Notes: generated from the letters alone by a model not told the origin. Numbered from the stretch's first letter, positions 29,972-39,697 are shown. The stretch: 64,000 bases of DNA from Bordetella parapertussis (GCA_945861875.1 CAMAWC010000003.1:3754-67753), one strand, 5' to 3'. A program made the numbers and translations.

Positions 29972-30610
29972 TTAGGGGGTAAGAGGTGCTGCCATGATTT
30001 CGTCGGTACTCATGACAAAGCCAAAAGCGGTGCGCATGCACAGCAGTGCGGCGGCATGCAGTTCGGGCGCGTCCATGGTGTCGACACAATCTTCGGCAAT
30101 TATGACCGCATAATCCTTCGAGCAGGCGGCCAGGACGGTGGAGAGCACGCAGCTGTTGGTGTTGACACCGCTGACGATCAGGGTGTTCACGCCGTGCGAG
30201 CGCAGCACGAAATCGAGGTCGGTGCCGACAAAGCAGTCGTAACGCTTCTTGGTGTCGACCACCCAGTCGCGTTTGGCGTCGTGCAGCTCGGGGATGATGG
30301 TGCAGCCGGGCATGCCGGCGATGTTGTGCTTGAGCACGTTCTTGCGCGGGTTGTCCGGGTTCTCGGCGCGGGTGCGCCAGAACGGATTGACGCGGATCTC
30401 CTCGGCGTCACGGTAAGTCGTTACGAGGTGCACGATGGGAATCGCCTTGGTGCGGCACCAGTCAAACAGCCTTTTGTTGGCGGCGATGACGCGCCTCGCC
30501 TGCGCCTCGGTCGGCACCGGCATGGTCGCAACCGTGAGGTCGAGATGGCCGCGGTGCAGGTCGATGGCGACCACCGCGGCTTTGATTTTGTCTACGCCGA
30601 GATTCAGCAT
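29972..30610 (-). CDS. Cysteine hydrolase (isochorismatase / NicF / RutB family)
   Basis: Asp-Lys-Cys triad: AIDLH, KKRYDCF, GVNTNSCV. Confidence 0.9.
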   Translation of the reverse strand: MLNLGVDKIKAAVVAIDLHRGHLDLTVATMPVPTEAQARRVIAANKRLFDWCRTKAIPIVHLVTTYRDAEEIRVNPFWRTRAENPDNPRKNVLKHNIAGMPGCTIIPELHDAKRDWVVDTKKRYDCFVGTDLDFVLRSHGVNTLIVSGVNTNSCVLSTVLAACSKDYAVIIAEDCVDTMDAPELHAAALLCMRTAFGFVMSTDEIMAAPLTP

Positions 30611-30640
30611 CGGGGCCCCCGTGGCAGGTTCGGTAAATTA

Positions 30641-30735
30641 ACCGTCATACCGGGGCGCGCAGCGAACCCGGTATCCATGGGGTGCGCGGCATCGCGACGA
30701 ACCCCATGGATTCCCGCTTGCGCGGGAATGACGGT
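30641..30735. repeat. REP-like palindromic element, family A
   Basis: ACCGTCATACCGGG...CCCGGTATCCATGGGGT and ACCCCATGGATTCCCGCTTGCGCGGGAATGACGGT. Confidence 0.82.
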
Positions 30736-30789
30736 GTGTTTTTGAGAGCAGTCATTCATCTTTGGCAAAACAAATCTTCGCCGGCAAGC

Positions 30790-32028
30790 TCAGGCGGCGC
30801 TGAACTGCAATTGTCGCTGGTCGATGCCGAACTTGTCGGCGAGCCAGTCGTTCATCAATTCCTGGCCCAGCGTCGGGTTGTCATGCTGGCAGTGTTCGGC
30901 GCCGGTTTCCTCGGCCGAGGTGAGGCGCAGCGTGACGTCCTTGCCGCGTGCCTTGGCGTAATCATAGACCTTGGTGGCCTGCGACACGGTCAGCACGTCG
31001 TGGCCGCCGTGCAGCACCAGCAGCGGGCACTTGATATGGTCGAGGTGGCCTTCAAGCGTAAAAGCCTTTGCCTTGACCATGGACTCTTTCATCGACTTGC
31101 AGCCAAACACCCAGCGAATGTGCTCCGCCAGGCCGTGACTGTCGTCGGCATTGCCCCACAAGTCGGTGATGGCCCAGACCGCGCCATGGGCGATGACCGC
31201 GGCAAGGCGCGGTTCGTAGCAGCCGGCGCGCGCGGCGTAATAACCGCCAAGGCTGGACCCGCAGCAGGCGATGCGCTTGGCATCGACGTCATCGCGCTGT
31301 TCCAGCCAGTCTATGCATTTGCCCACCGGCACTTCGGTGTCGGCGCGGTTGGGGATCTTGTGCCGGCGCAGCGTGCCGCCCTGGCCGGGCAGGTCGACCA
31401 TCAGCACCGAGATACCGCGTTGCAGCGCGCCGTGCGCCTGCATGAACCACATCTCGTCCTTGATTGAGTCAAGGCCGCCAAAGCAGATCAGCACCGGGTG
31501 CTTGTTGCTGCGATTGTTCTCTCCATGCGGGGTGCGCACAAAATAGCCGCAAATCGTGACGCCGTTTTCGTAGGGGATCTCGACCTCCTCGCCCTTGGGC
31601 GTGAGGTGGCTGATGAATTTTTTCGAGCAGGCTTCCATTTTTTCGAAGGTCGGCAGGCGGCGCGGATCTTCGGGCGTGAGATGGAACTCGGCCTGGCGGT
31701 AGTAGTCGGCGGCGCGCAGGAAGCAGTTCATGGCACTGCGCACGTGGCCGAGTGTTTCCTCGGCAAGGCCGCGCTGCCAATTGTTGTCGGCGACGACCAT
31801 CCATTCGGTGTGCCAGGACTCCTTGTCACCGGGGATCATGCGGCTGGCGGCGAGGAAACACTCGCTTACCGCACCGCCGCCTTCCTGGGTTTCGCCGAGG
31901 GCGCGGCGGAACTGGTAGGTCAGCCAGGGGTGTTCGGGCCAGTGGTGCCAGCCGTAGGGTTCGTAGTGGGGCTGCCGGTTGGCGGTGATTTTTTCAATCA
32001 GGTTGTCTTCGGTGGCGTTGGAGGCCAT
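30790..32028 (-). CDS. Alpha/beta hydrolase, FrsA / 2,6-dihydroxypseudooxynicotine hydrolase-like
   Basis: RAADYYRQAEF, VEIPYE, GGLDSIKDE, DLPGQG, GSSLGGYYA nucleophile, GAEHC. Confidence 0.85.
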   Translation of the reverse strand: MASNATEDNLIEKITANRQPHYEPYGWHHWPEHPWLTYQFRRALGETQEGGGAVSECFLAASRMIPGDKESWHTEWMVVADNNWQRGLAEETLGHVRSAMNCFLRAADYYRQAEFHLTPEDPRRLPTFEKMEACSKKFISHLTPKGEEVEIPYENGVTICGYFVRTPHGENNRSNKHPVLICFGGLDSIKDEMWFMQAHGALQRGISVLMVDLPGQGGTLRRHKIPNRADTEVPVGKCIDWLEQRDDVDAKRIACCGSSLGGYYAARAGCYEPRLAAVIAHGAVWAITDLWGNADDSHGLAEHIRWVFGCKSMKESMVKAKAFTLEGHLDHIKCPLLVLHGGHDVLTVSQATKVYDYAKARGKDVTLRLTSAEETGAEHCQHDNPTLGQELMNDWLADKFGIDQRQLQFSAA

Positions 32029-32083
32029 GATTTCACTCGGCTTTCTGTATTGATTCCAGCGTAAGTCAATGCGGCGGAGTTTT

Positions 32084-32134
32084 GTTCAAGTCACTTGAAC
32101 GTGCGACTCTATGAACTCGTAGCAAGCCTGTCAA
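32084..32134 (-). promoter_or_regulatory. Sigma70 promoter plus palindromic operator for the hydrolase operon
   Basis: Minus strand TTGACA (32134-32129), 17-nt spacer, TAGAGT (32111-32106); perfect inverted repeat GTTCAAG-tca-CTTGAAC at 32084-32100 over the predicted +1. Confidence 0.7.
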
Positions 32135-32209
32135 GAAAGGTTTTTATTGGTGCATTACCGCACCAGCGAAGGGCGGCACATTGCGAGTTTTTATAGGGCA
32201 CGCAAGCGC

Positions 32210-32854
32210 TCAGAACGTCGGTGGTGTGCTGATCCAGATGATGCGCGCGTGTTTTTTCGCCGGGTTGCGGTAGCTATGGGGGATTTCCGAGCGAAAGCTG
32301 AATGAATCGCCGGCGGCGAGCAGATAGGTGCGGTCGCCCACCGTGAGTTCCAGTTCGCCGTCGATGACAAAGCCCACTTCCTCGCCCTCGTGCGAGAGCA
32401 TGCCTTCGCTGCCGCCGCCCGGCGCGAGAATGTGCAGGTTGCCCTCGAGCAGGTGGCTGCCTTCGGCCGGAATCAGCCGCTCCAGCTGCGAGCCGGCCTT
32501 GTCTATGGAAAACGCCGGGCGTTTGCCGCGGCGGGCGACGATGCCGCGGTCGGCGTGCTCGTCGGCAAACAGCGCCGCCATGTTGACGTTGAGCGCCGCG
32601 ACAATCTTGTGCAGTACCGTAACAGAAGGCAGGGCGACGCCGTTCTCGATCTTCGAAATAAGGCTCTCGGAACAGCCGACGCGCCCCGACAGGTCGCGCA
32701 GCTTGAGCCCCTTGATCATGCGCAGGGCCTTGATGTTGGCGCCGAGGCGGCTGTTCTGCTCGGTGGCGCGGCTGTTTGCCGCGGCGCTGCGCGCGGTTTT
32801 GCGCGCTGCCGGGCGTTTTGCCGGTTTGCGGGTGGTGCGGGGCGGACTGGTCAT
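32210..32854 (-). CDS. XRE-family HTH plus cupin transcriptional regulator (PuuR-like)
   Basis: LGANIKALR...SESLISKIENG HTH; HEGEEVGFVIDG...GDSFSF..EIPHSYRN cupin; ends in TPPTF. Confidence 0.92.
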   Translation of the reverse strand: MTSPPRTTRKPAKRPAARKTARSAAANSRATEQNSRLGANIKALRMIKGLKLRDLSGRVGCSESLISKIENGVALPSVTVLHKIVAALNVNMAALFADEHADRGIVARRGKRPAFSIDKAGSQLERLIPAEGSHLLEGNLHILAPGGGSEGMLSHEGEEVGFVIDGELELTVGDRTYLLAAGDSFSFRSEIPHSYRNPAKKHARIIWISTPPTF

Positions 32855-33056
32855 GACGCGAGTCTAGCCGCAGTAGGACCGGATGTCTCGCCTGTGGCCG
32901 TCGGGAACGGGCGAGTGGACGAACCGCCGCCGCAATGGACATCCGGCGTGGCCGCCGGGCAGGAAGCTGGAAACTGGCGCCAGATGCGGGTTTCCAGACG
33001 ATGGGCTCGTCCCTGCATTCAGGCGTTAAAATACAGGCAAATCCCAAGGAGGTCAG

Positions 33057-34076
33057 ATGAAAACAATTTTCGCCGCAGCCGGCGCTGTTCTGGTGTTGTC
33101 GGCCTGTTCGCAGGCGCCGATACAGTTGTCGCAAATGGGTTCCTTCCATGTTGGTGGTCGCGAAGTCGTCATCAGCGGCAAGCCGGTCAAGGAAGTGTTG
33201 TTCACCCCCGGTGGCGTGCCGGCCAAGGTCGATCCGAACGGCGTCTACCAGGTCGAGCAGATGTATGTGCAGTATTTCATCCCGAAAGACCCGCGCGGCC
33301 TGCCACTGCTGATGTGGCATGGCGGCGGCCTGTCCGGCGTGAGTTACGAGACGACGCCTGACGGCCGCGAGGGCTGGGTGAACTACTTTGTCAAAAAAGG
33401 CTGGCCGGTCTATAACTCCGACGCCGTTGAGCGCGGCCGCTCCGGCTGGGCAATGTATCCGGACATTTTCACCACCGACCCGGTGTTCCTGACCAAGGAA
33501 AACCCGTTCGAGCGTTTTCGCATCGGCCAGGGTGCCGGCTCCTATAACAAGGATGTTTCCAAAATGAAGCCCATGCCGGGCAGCCAGTTCCCGGTCGAAG
33601 GCTATGACAACTTCACCAAGCAGAATGTGCCGCGCTGGACCTCAACCGACGTGCCGACCATCGCCGCTTATACCGCGCTGGTTGACAAGGTCTGCCCGTG
33701 TATCGTGCTGGTGCATTCGCAGGCCGGCCTGTTCGGCATTCGCGTCGCCGAGGCGCGGCCGGACAAGGTCAAGGCGCTGGTGCTGGTCGAGCCGGCAGGC
33801 ACCGGTCCGGTCAGCGACGCGCCGAAAATGAAAAACGTGCCGGTGCTCGCCATTTATGGCGATTACATCGAGCAGGATTCGCGCTGGCCGACCATACGCG
33901 GCAACGGCATCAAGTTCTACGAAGCCTTGCGCGCCGCCGGCGGCAGCGCCGACGTGGTAGACCTGCCCAAGGCGGGTATCACCGGCAATTCGCACATGAT
34001 CATGATGGACAAGAACAGTGACGTGGTGGCCGGGGTGATACAGGACTGGCTGGTGAAGCGGGGTTTGTACAAGTAA
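33057..34076 (+). CDS. Alpha/beta hydrolase (esterase-like) lipoprotein
   Basis: Lipobox LSAC; WHGGG, TPDGREGW, VHSQAG nucleophile, GNSHMIM. Confidence 0.82.
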   Translation: MKTIFAAAGAVLVLSACSQAPIQLSQMGSFHVGGREVVISGKPVKEVLFTPGGVPAKVDPNGVYQVEQMYVQYFIPKDPRGLPLLMWHGGGLSGVSYETTPDGREGWVNYFVKKGWPVYNSDAVERGRSGWAMYPDIFTTDPVFLTKENPFERFRIGQGAGSYNKDVSKMKPMPGSQFPVEGYDNFTKQNVPRWTSTDVPTIAAYTALVDKVCPCIVLVHSQAGLFGIRVAEARPDKVKALVLVEPAGTGPVSDAPKMKNVPVLAIYGDYIEQDSRWPTIRGNGIKFYEALRAAGGSADVVDLPKAGITGNSHMIMMDKNSDVVAGVIQDWLVKRGLYK

Positions 34077-34092
34077 TGGTTTTCTCGTAGAC

Positions 34093-34178
34093 CCCTCACC
34101 CCAACCCTCTCCCCATGCGGGGGCGAGGGGGCTAAAAACTCCCTCTCCCGCTTGGGCGGGAGAGGGTTGGGGTGAGGG
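34093..34178. repeat. REP-like palindromic element, family C (CCCTCACCCCAACCCTCTCCC)
   Basis: Terminal inverted arms CCCTCACCCCAACCCTCTCCC / GGGAGAGGGTTGGGGTGAGGG with two internal hairpins. Confidence 0.8.
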
Positions 34179-34217
34179 AAGGGCGGTTCGCTTTGAGGCG
34201 GCATTCAACAGGAGTCA

Positions 34218-35306
34218 GTGGTGCAAAGAAAAATTCCCTGCGTGATCATGCGCGGCGGCACCTCGCGCGGGCCGTATTTTGTCGCCTCAGACCTGCCCGC
34301 CGACGTGGCCGGGCGCGATGCGGTGCTGCTCAATGTCATGGGTTCGCCGCATCCGCTGCAGGTGGACGGCATAGGCGGCACCAACACGCTCACCAGCAAG
34401 GTGGCGATCGTCAGCCCGTCGCGGCAAAAAGGCGCCGACGTCGATTACCTGTTTGCCCAGGTGTCGGTGAACGAGGCCAAGGTCGACACCAACCCCAACT
34501 GCGGCAACATGCTCTCGGGCGTCGGCCCGTTTGCCATCGAGGCGGGGATGGTCAAGGCAGGCCGCGGGGAAACCCTGGTGCGTATTTTCAACGTCAACAC
34601 GCAAAGTTTCATCGAGGCCATCATCCAGACGCCCGGCGGCCGCGTCGAGTACGAGGGCGACGCGCGTATCGACGGCGTGCCCGGCACCGGTGCGCCGATC
34701 AAGCTTAATTTTCTTGACGCCAAGGGTGCGGTCACCGGCAAGATGTTTCCTACCGGCAAGCCCATCGACATGATCCAGGGCATTGAAGTGACCTGCCTCG
34801 ACATGGCCATGCCGATGATGCTGGTCGCGGCGGGTTCAATGAGCAAGAGCGGCGCCGAGACCCCGGCAGAACTGGATGCCGACAAGGACTTTCTTGCGAA
34901 GCTCGAATCCATGCGCCTCGAAGCGGGCCGGCTGATGGGCATGGGCGATGTCACCGGCAAGGTGGTGCCCAAGGTGGGCCTTTTGTCGGCACCCGGTCAG
35001 GGCGGCAGCATACGCTCGCGCTATTTCACGCCGCTTGTCTGCCACAAGGCACATGCGGTGACCGGCGCAGTCTGCGTTGCCAGCGCCTGCGCGCTGCCCG
35101 GTACGGTGGCGCGCAAGCTGGTTGTGCCGGCGGATTTCAAGTCCGGCGTGGTGCGCATCGAGCACCCGTCGGGCGCAATAGAGGTCGACTTGCAGGTGAG
35201 CGGGCAGGGCGATGCAATGGACATTTCCCGTGCGTCGCTGTTGCGCACGGCAAGACGCATATTCGAGGGCAATGTGCTGGTGCCCGAGCGGCTTTACAGC
35301 AAGTAA
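34218..35306 (+). CDS. PrpF/AcnD-accessory family isomerase, 4-oxalomesaconate tautomerase-like (GalD/FldA)
   Basis: MRGGTSRG, QVDGIGG..LTSKVAIV, NCGNML, EHPSG, RTARRIFEG motifs. Confidence 0.88.
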   Translation: MVQRKIPCVIMRGGTSRGPYFVASDLPADVAGRDAVLLNVMGSPHPLQVDGIGGTNTLTSKVAIVSPSRQKGADVDYLFAQVSVNEAKVDTNPNCGNMLSGVGPFAIEAGMVKAGRGETLVRIFNVNTQSFIEAIIQTPGGRVEYEGDARIDGVPGTGAPIKLNFLDAKGAVTGKMFPTGKPIDMIQGIEVTCLDMAMPMMLVAAGSMSKSGAETPAELDADKDFLAKLESMRLEAGRLMGMGDVTGKVVPKVGLLSAPGQGGSIRSRYFTPLVCHKAHAVTGAVCVASACALPGTVARKLVVPADFKSGVVRIEHPSGAIEVDLQVSGQGDAMDISRASLLRTARRIFEGNVLVPERLYSK

Positions 35307-35323
35307 TCCCATCCGGAGAACAC

Positions 35324-36295
35324 ATGAATCGTAAATTTCCAAAACTCGTCCTGGGTTTCGCGCTTGCCGCGGCGTCCGCAGCAGCGTTCGCGCAGGTGCA
35401 GCCCTACCCGGCCAAATCCATTCGCGCCATCGTGGCCTTCGCCCCCGGCGGTATCGCCGACGGCATCGGGCGACTGGTCGGGCAAAAACTCACCGAACGC
35501 ATGGGCCAGTCGGTGGTGATTGAAAACCGCGACGGTGCGGCCGGCACCCTGGCAGCCAAGGCCGTCGCCGCTGCGGCGCCCGACGGTTACACCCTGCTGG
35601 TGCATACCGCGGCGGTGGCCATCAGCCCAAGCCTTAATGTCAGCAAGGAGGGCTTTGACCCACTGACCGAACTGGTACCGGTGGCGATGATCGCTTCGAC
35701 ACCAACCATTTTTGCCGTCAGTGCTTCGGTGCCGGCCAATAACCTGGCTGAATACATCAAACTGAAAGGCGGCAAGTTCAATTACTCGACCGCGGGCGTG
35801 GGCACGCCGCCGCACCTGACGGCCGAGTTCCTGTTCAAGACGATGAAGGGCGTCGATGCGGTGCATGTGCCGTTTCGCGGCGGCGCACCGGCTATCACCG
35901 CGGTGCTGGGCGGACAGGTGGACATGGTCTCGACTTCCATGCCGCCGGCGGTGCCGCATATCAAGCAGGGCAAGATGAAGGCGCTGGTGGTGACCAGCGC
36001 GAAGCGCTCGTCCATCCTGCCGGATGTGCCGACGGCGGCTGAATCGGGCTTTGCCGATTTCGAAGACGTGTCATGGGTGGCGTTTTTTGCGCCGGCCAGG
36101 ACGCCGCCGGCTGTGGTGCAGAAACTCAACGCCGAAATCAACGAGGTGTTGAAGCTGCCCGACGTCAAGGAGCGCCTCGCCGCGCTCGGTTTTGACCCGA
36201 CGCCAAGCAGCGCGCCCGAGTTCGCCGAGTACATGAAAAAAGAAGTCGCCAAGTGGGCGAAAATCGTCAAGACCATCGGCTTTGTCGCCAACTGA
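35324..36295 (+). CDS. Bug/TctC substrate-binding protein
   Basis: YPAKSIRAIVAF, APDGYT, HVPFRG motifs. Confidence 0.95.
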   Translation: MNRKFPKLVLGFALAAASAAAFAQVQPYPAKSIRAIVAFAPGGIADGIGRLVGQKLTERMGQSVVIENRDGAAGTLAAKAVAAAAPDGYTLLVHTAAVAISPSLNVSKEGFDPLTELVPVAMIASTPTIFAVSASVPANNLAEYIKLKGGKFNYSTAGVGTPPHLTAEFLFKTMKGVDAVHVPFRGGAPAITAVLGGQVDMVSTSMPPAVPHIKQGKMKALVVTSAKRSSILPDVPTAAESGFADFEDVSWVAFFAPARTPPAVVQKLNAEINEVLKLPDVKERLAALGFDPTPSSAPEFAEYMKKEVAKWAKIVKTIGFVAN

Positions 36296-36299
36296 CGCC

Positions 36300-37088
36300 A
36301 TGCTGGTCCGCGCCAACGAGATCGACATCAACTACACGGTACAGGGCAGCGGGCCCTGGCTGGTGTTCAGCCATTCGCTCGCCTGCGACCTGCACATGTG
36401 GGACGAGCAGGCGGATTTGTTTTCGAAACGCTTTCGCGTGCTGCGCTATGACACGCGCGGCCACGGCCTGTCTTCGGCTCCGGGCGCCGACTACACCCTC
36501 GACCAGCTCGCCGGCGACGCCAAGGGCTTGTTTGCCGCGCTGGGCATCGCCAACTGCCATTGGGTCGGCCTGTCCATGGGCGGCATGATAGGGCAGACCT
36601 TTGCGCTGAAGTATCCGGGTGTGTTCAGCAGCATTACCCTGGCTGACACCACCAGCCGCCGGCATGAGGGCGCGCGCGAAATGTGGGAGGCGCGCATCAA
36701 GGTCGCAAGCGAAAAAGGCATGGCGGCGCTGGTCGAGCCGACACTGCAGCGCTGGTTCACCGAGCCTTTTCGCAAGGCCAATCCGGCGGTGATGGCGCGC
36801 GTGGGCGCGATGATACGCGCGGTGCCCGCAGCAGGTTATGCCGGATGCGCGCGCGCCATATCGGAGATGAACCTGACGCAGCGCCTGAAGGAAATCACCT
36901 GTCCGGCGCTGGTCATGGCCGGCGCCGAGGACGCCGGCACACCGGTGGAGATGACCCACGAGATCCACGCCAACCTGCCGGGCTCGGAATTGGTGATCAT
37001 CCCTGATGCCTCGCACCTTTCGAATGTCGAACAGCCGGCGGCCTTCAATGCCGCGCTGGCGGCGTTTCTCGGCCGGCATGGTGGCTAG
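36300..37088 (+). CDS. pcaD: 3-oxoadipate enol-lactonase-like alpha/beta hydrolase
   Basis: FSHSL, MWDEQ, RYDTRGHG, GLSMGGMIG, RWFT, HLSNVEQP motifs. Confidence 0.8.
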   Translation: MLVRANEIDINYTVQGSGPWLVFSHSLACDLHMWDEQADLFSKRFRVLRYDTRGHGLSSAPGADYTLDQLAGDAKGLFAALGIANCHWVGLSMGGMIGQTFALKYPGVFSSITLADTTSRRHEGAREMWEARIKVASEKGMAALVEPTLQRWFTEPFRKANPAVMARVGAMIRAVPAAGYAGCARAISEMNLTQRLKEITCPALVMAGAEDAGTPVEMTHEIHANLPGSELVIIPDASHLSNVEQPAAFNAALAAFLGRHGG

Positions 37089-37113
37089 CGAAACGCTGAA
37101 TACATCCCACACC

Positions 37114-37199
37114 GTCATTCCCGCGAAAGCGGGAATCCATTTTATGCAGTTAAATTGACGGCCTAAATCAAGGTGGATTCCCGCTTTCGCGGGAATGAC
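37114..37199. repeat. REP-like palindromic element, family A
   Basis: Perfect arms GTCATTCCCGCGAAAGCGGGAATCCA / TGGATTCCCGCTTTCGCGGGAATGAC. Confidence 0.9.
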
Positions 37200-37274
37200 A
37201 AAATTATTAAGCCACGCCGTTAGCACCACTCCAAACACACTTACAATCACTTCTCCACATCAGGGATTCACGCA

Positions 37275-39590
37275 ATGACTGAACACGCATTCCACGGCCG
37301 CCGCGAAGACCAGCGCATGCTGACGGGCAAGGGCCGTTATACCTCTGACTTCAATTTTCCCGGCCAGCTCTACGCCGCATTTGTGCGCGCCGACCGCGCC
37401 AGCGCAAAACTGTTGTCGGTGGACGCCGCTGCGGCGCGCGAGGCGCCGGGCGTCGCCGCCGTCTATACCGGCGCCGACCTGGCGGCGCATCCTTTTGGCA
37501 CGCTCAAGTCCATGGTGAGTTACAAGGGCGTCGGCGGCGAGGCGATCAAGGTGCCGGCGCGTCCGGTGCTGGCGCGCGATTGCGTGCGTTTTGTCGGCGA
37601 GGAGATTGCATTGGTCGTGGCCACTTCTGTGTCGGCCGCGCAGGACGCGGCAGAGCTGGTGATGGTCGATTACGAGGATTTGCCGGCGGTGGCGCATCCG
37701 CATGACGCGGTGGTCCCGACGGCGCCGCTGGTGCACGCCGAAATCCCGGGCAATGTCTGTTTCGAGTTTGATTATGGCGATGCCGTGGCCACCGCGGCGG
37801 CGATTGCCGGTGCCAAGCATGTGACGCGCATTACCCTATCGAGCCAGCGCGTCGCCCCCAATCCGATGGAGCCGCGCGGTTTTGTCGTGTCCCATGACGC
37901 CGCCAGCGGTTGCTATGACTTGTACACCTCCAACCAGGGTGTGTACATGATGCGCGGCGGGTTGGCGCATATCACCGGAATCGACGAGGCCTTGCTGCGC
38001 GTGCATCCGCTGGATGTCGGCGGCGGCTTTGGCGCGCGCAGCGCGCCTTACCAGGAATATCCGGCGCTGATTTACGCCGCCAAGGCGCTGGGCAAACCGA
38101 TCAAGTGGACCGGTTCACGCTCGGAGAGCTTTGCCACCGACAACCACGGCCGCGCCCTTGAGCTCGAGGGTGAACTGGCGCTTGATGCCGACGGACGTTT
38201 TCTTGGCATTCGCACCGGCTGGATTTGCGACCAGGGCGCCTACCTCATTCCGTCCGGGCCGCTTACCAACACCATGAACGGCATGCTCACGGTGACCGGC
38301 TGCTATCGCATCCCGGTCGCCTACGGCCGCCATCGTTGCGTTGTCACCAACACCTCGCCGACCGGTCCTTATCGCGGCGCCGCCCGACCGGACATGGCCT
38401 ACCTGATGGAGCGCCTGGTCGACCAGGCGGCCGCCGAAACCGGCATCGACCGGATCGAACTGCGCCGCATCAACGCCATCCCCAAGGAAGCCTTTCCCTA
38501 TACCGGGCCGACCAAGTCGACTTACGACAGCGCCGATTTTCCCGGCATGATCGAGCGGGCGATAAAGGAATCGGACTGGCATGGGTTTGCCGCGCGACGC
38601 GAACAATCAAAGGCCAGGGGCAAGCTGCGCGGCCTCGGTTGTGCGCTGTTCCTCGAGCCCTCCGGAGGTGGCTCGATGCCGCAGGATCGCGTTTCGCTGC
38701 GCTGGGTCGGCGGCAGGCTTAACCTGTATGCGGTGACGCAGTCGCAGGGGCAGGGCCACGAGACGGTGTTCCCGGAAATCGTCGCCGATGTGCTGGGCAT
38801 CCCGGCCGCCGATATCGACCTGCTGGCCGGGGATATCGAGGGCATCGTCGGCCTGACCGGTTCGGGCGTGATCGGTTCGCGCTCGACCATGGCGCAGGGC
38901 AGCGCCTTCAAGCGCGCCGCCATTGCAGTGGTCGACAAGGGGCTGGAACTGGCCGCGGACAAGCTCGAGGCCGCACCTGCGGACATCGAATTCAAGGACG
39001 GTACCTACACCATCAAGGGCACCGACCGGCGCATTGCGCTGATCGACCTCGTGCGCGAGCACGATGGCAAGGACGGGGGCGACACACCCAATCCGCTTGA
39101 CGCCCTGGGCGAACAGGCCATGTCGCGCGCTTTTCCCAGCGGCATGCACGTGGCCGAAATCGAGATTGATCCGGACACCGGCGTCACCGAGGTAAAGAGT
39201 TATGTCGCCGTGGACGATTGCGGTGTCGTCATCAACCACACCCTGGTGCAGGCGCAGGTGCACGGTGGCGTGGCGCAGGGTGCCGGCCAGGTGTTCGGCG
39301 AGCACGCCCATTACGATCGTGCCACCGGGCAGTTGCTCAACGCCAGTTTCATGGACTACACCATGCCGCGCGCCGACCTGATTCCGGGAATCGCCGACCA
39401 TTACCACCTGACGCCCAGTCCGAGCAACTTCCTTGGCGCCAAGGGCGTGGGCGAGGCCGGCACCACCGGCTCCATCCCGACGCTGATGAACGCCATTGTC
39501 GACGCGCTGCGACCCCTGGGTGTTCACACCTTCGACATGCCGGCCAGTTCCGATCGGGTGTGGCAGGTGATGCGCGATGCGCGGCGGTGA
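37275..39590 (+). CDS. Xanthine dehydrogenase family molybdopterin-binding subunit (second CoxL/CutL-like)
   Basis: RREDQRMLTGKG, DVGGGFG, PYRGAARPD, QGQGHET, GAKGVGEAG motifs. Confidence 0.92.
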   Translation: MTEHAFHGRREDQRMLTGKGRYTSDFNFPGQLYAAFVRADRASAKLLSVDAAAAREAPGVAAVYTGADLAAHPFGTLKSMVSYKGVGGEAIKVPARPVLARDCVRFVGEEIALVVATSVSAAQDAAELVMVDYEDLPAVAHPHDAVVPTAPLVHAEIPGNVCFEFDYGDAVATAAAIAGAKHVTRITLSSQRVAPNPMEPRGFVVSHDAASGCYDLYTSNQGVYMMRGGLAHITGIDEALLRVHPLDVGGGFGARSAPYQEYPALIYAAKALGKPIKWTGSRSESFATDNHGRALELEGELALDADGRFLGIRTGWICDQGAYLIPSGPLTNTMNGMLTVTGCYRIPVAYGRHRCVVTNTSPTGPYRGAARPDMAYLMERLVDQAAAETGIDRIELRRINAIPKEAFPYTGPTKSTYDSADFPGMIERAIKESDWHGFAARREQSKARGKLRGLGCALFLEPSGGGSMPQDRVSLRWVGGRLNLYAVTQSQGQGHETVFPEIVADVLGIPAADIDLLAGDIEGIVGLTGSGVIGSRSTMAQGSAFKRAAIAVVDKGLELAADKLEAAPADIEFKDGTYTIKGTDRRIALIDLVREHDGKDGGDTPNPLDALGEQAMSRAFPSGMHVAEIEIDPDTGVTEVKSYVAVDDCGVVINHTLVQAQVHGGVAQGAGQVFGEHAHYDRATGQLLNASFMDYTMPRADLIPGIADHYHLTPSPSNFLGAKGVGEAGTTGSIPTLMNAIVDALRPLGVHTFDMPASSDRVWQVMRDARR

Positions 39591-39619
39591 TCGGGGCAAT
39601 ATTGAACGAGCATAACGCT

Positions 39620-39697
39620 GTCATTCCCGCGAATGCGGGAATCCATGGGGTTTGAGCCCGAGACAACCCCATGGGTCCCCGCGTTCGCGGGGACGAC
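39620..39697. repeat. REP-like palindromic element, family A
   Basis: GTCATTCCCGCGAATGCGGGAATCCATGGGGTT ... AACCCCATGGGTCCCCGCGTTCGCGGGGACGAC. Confidence 0.85.
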
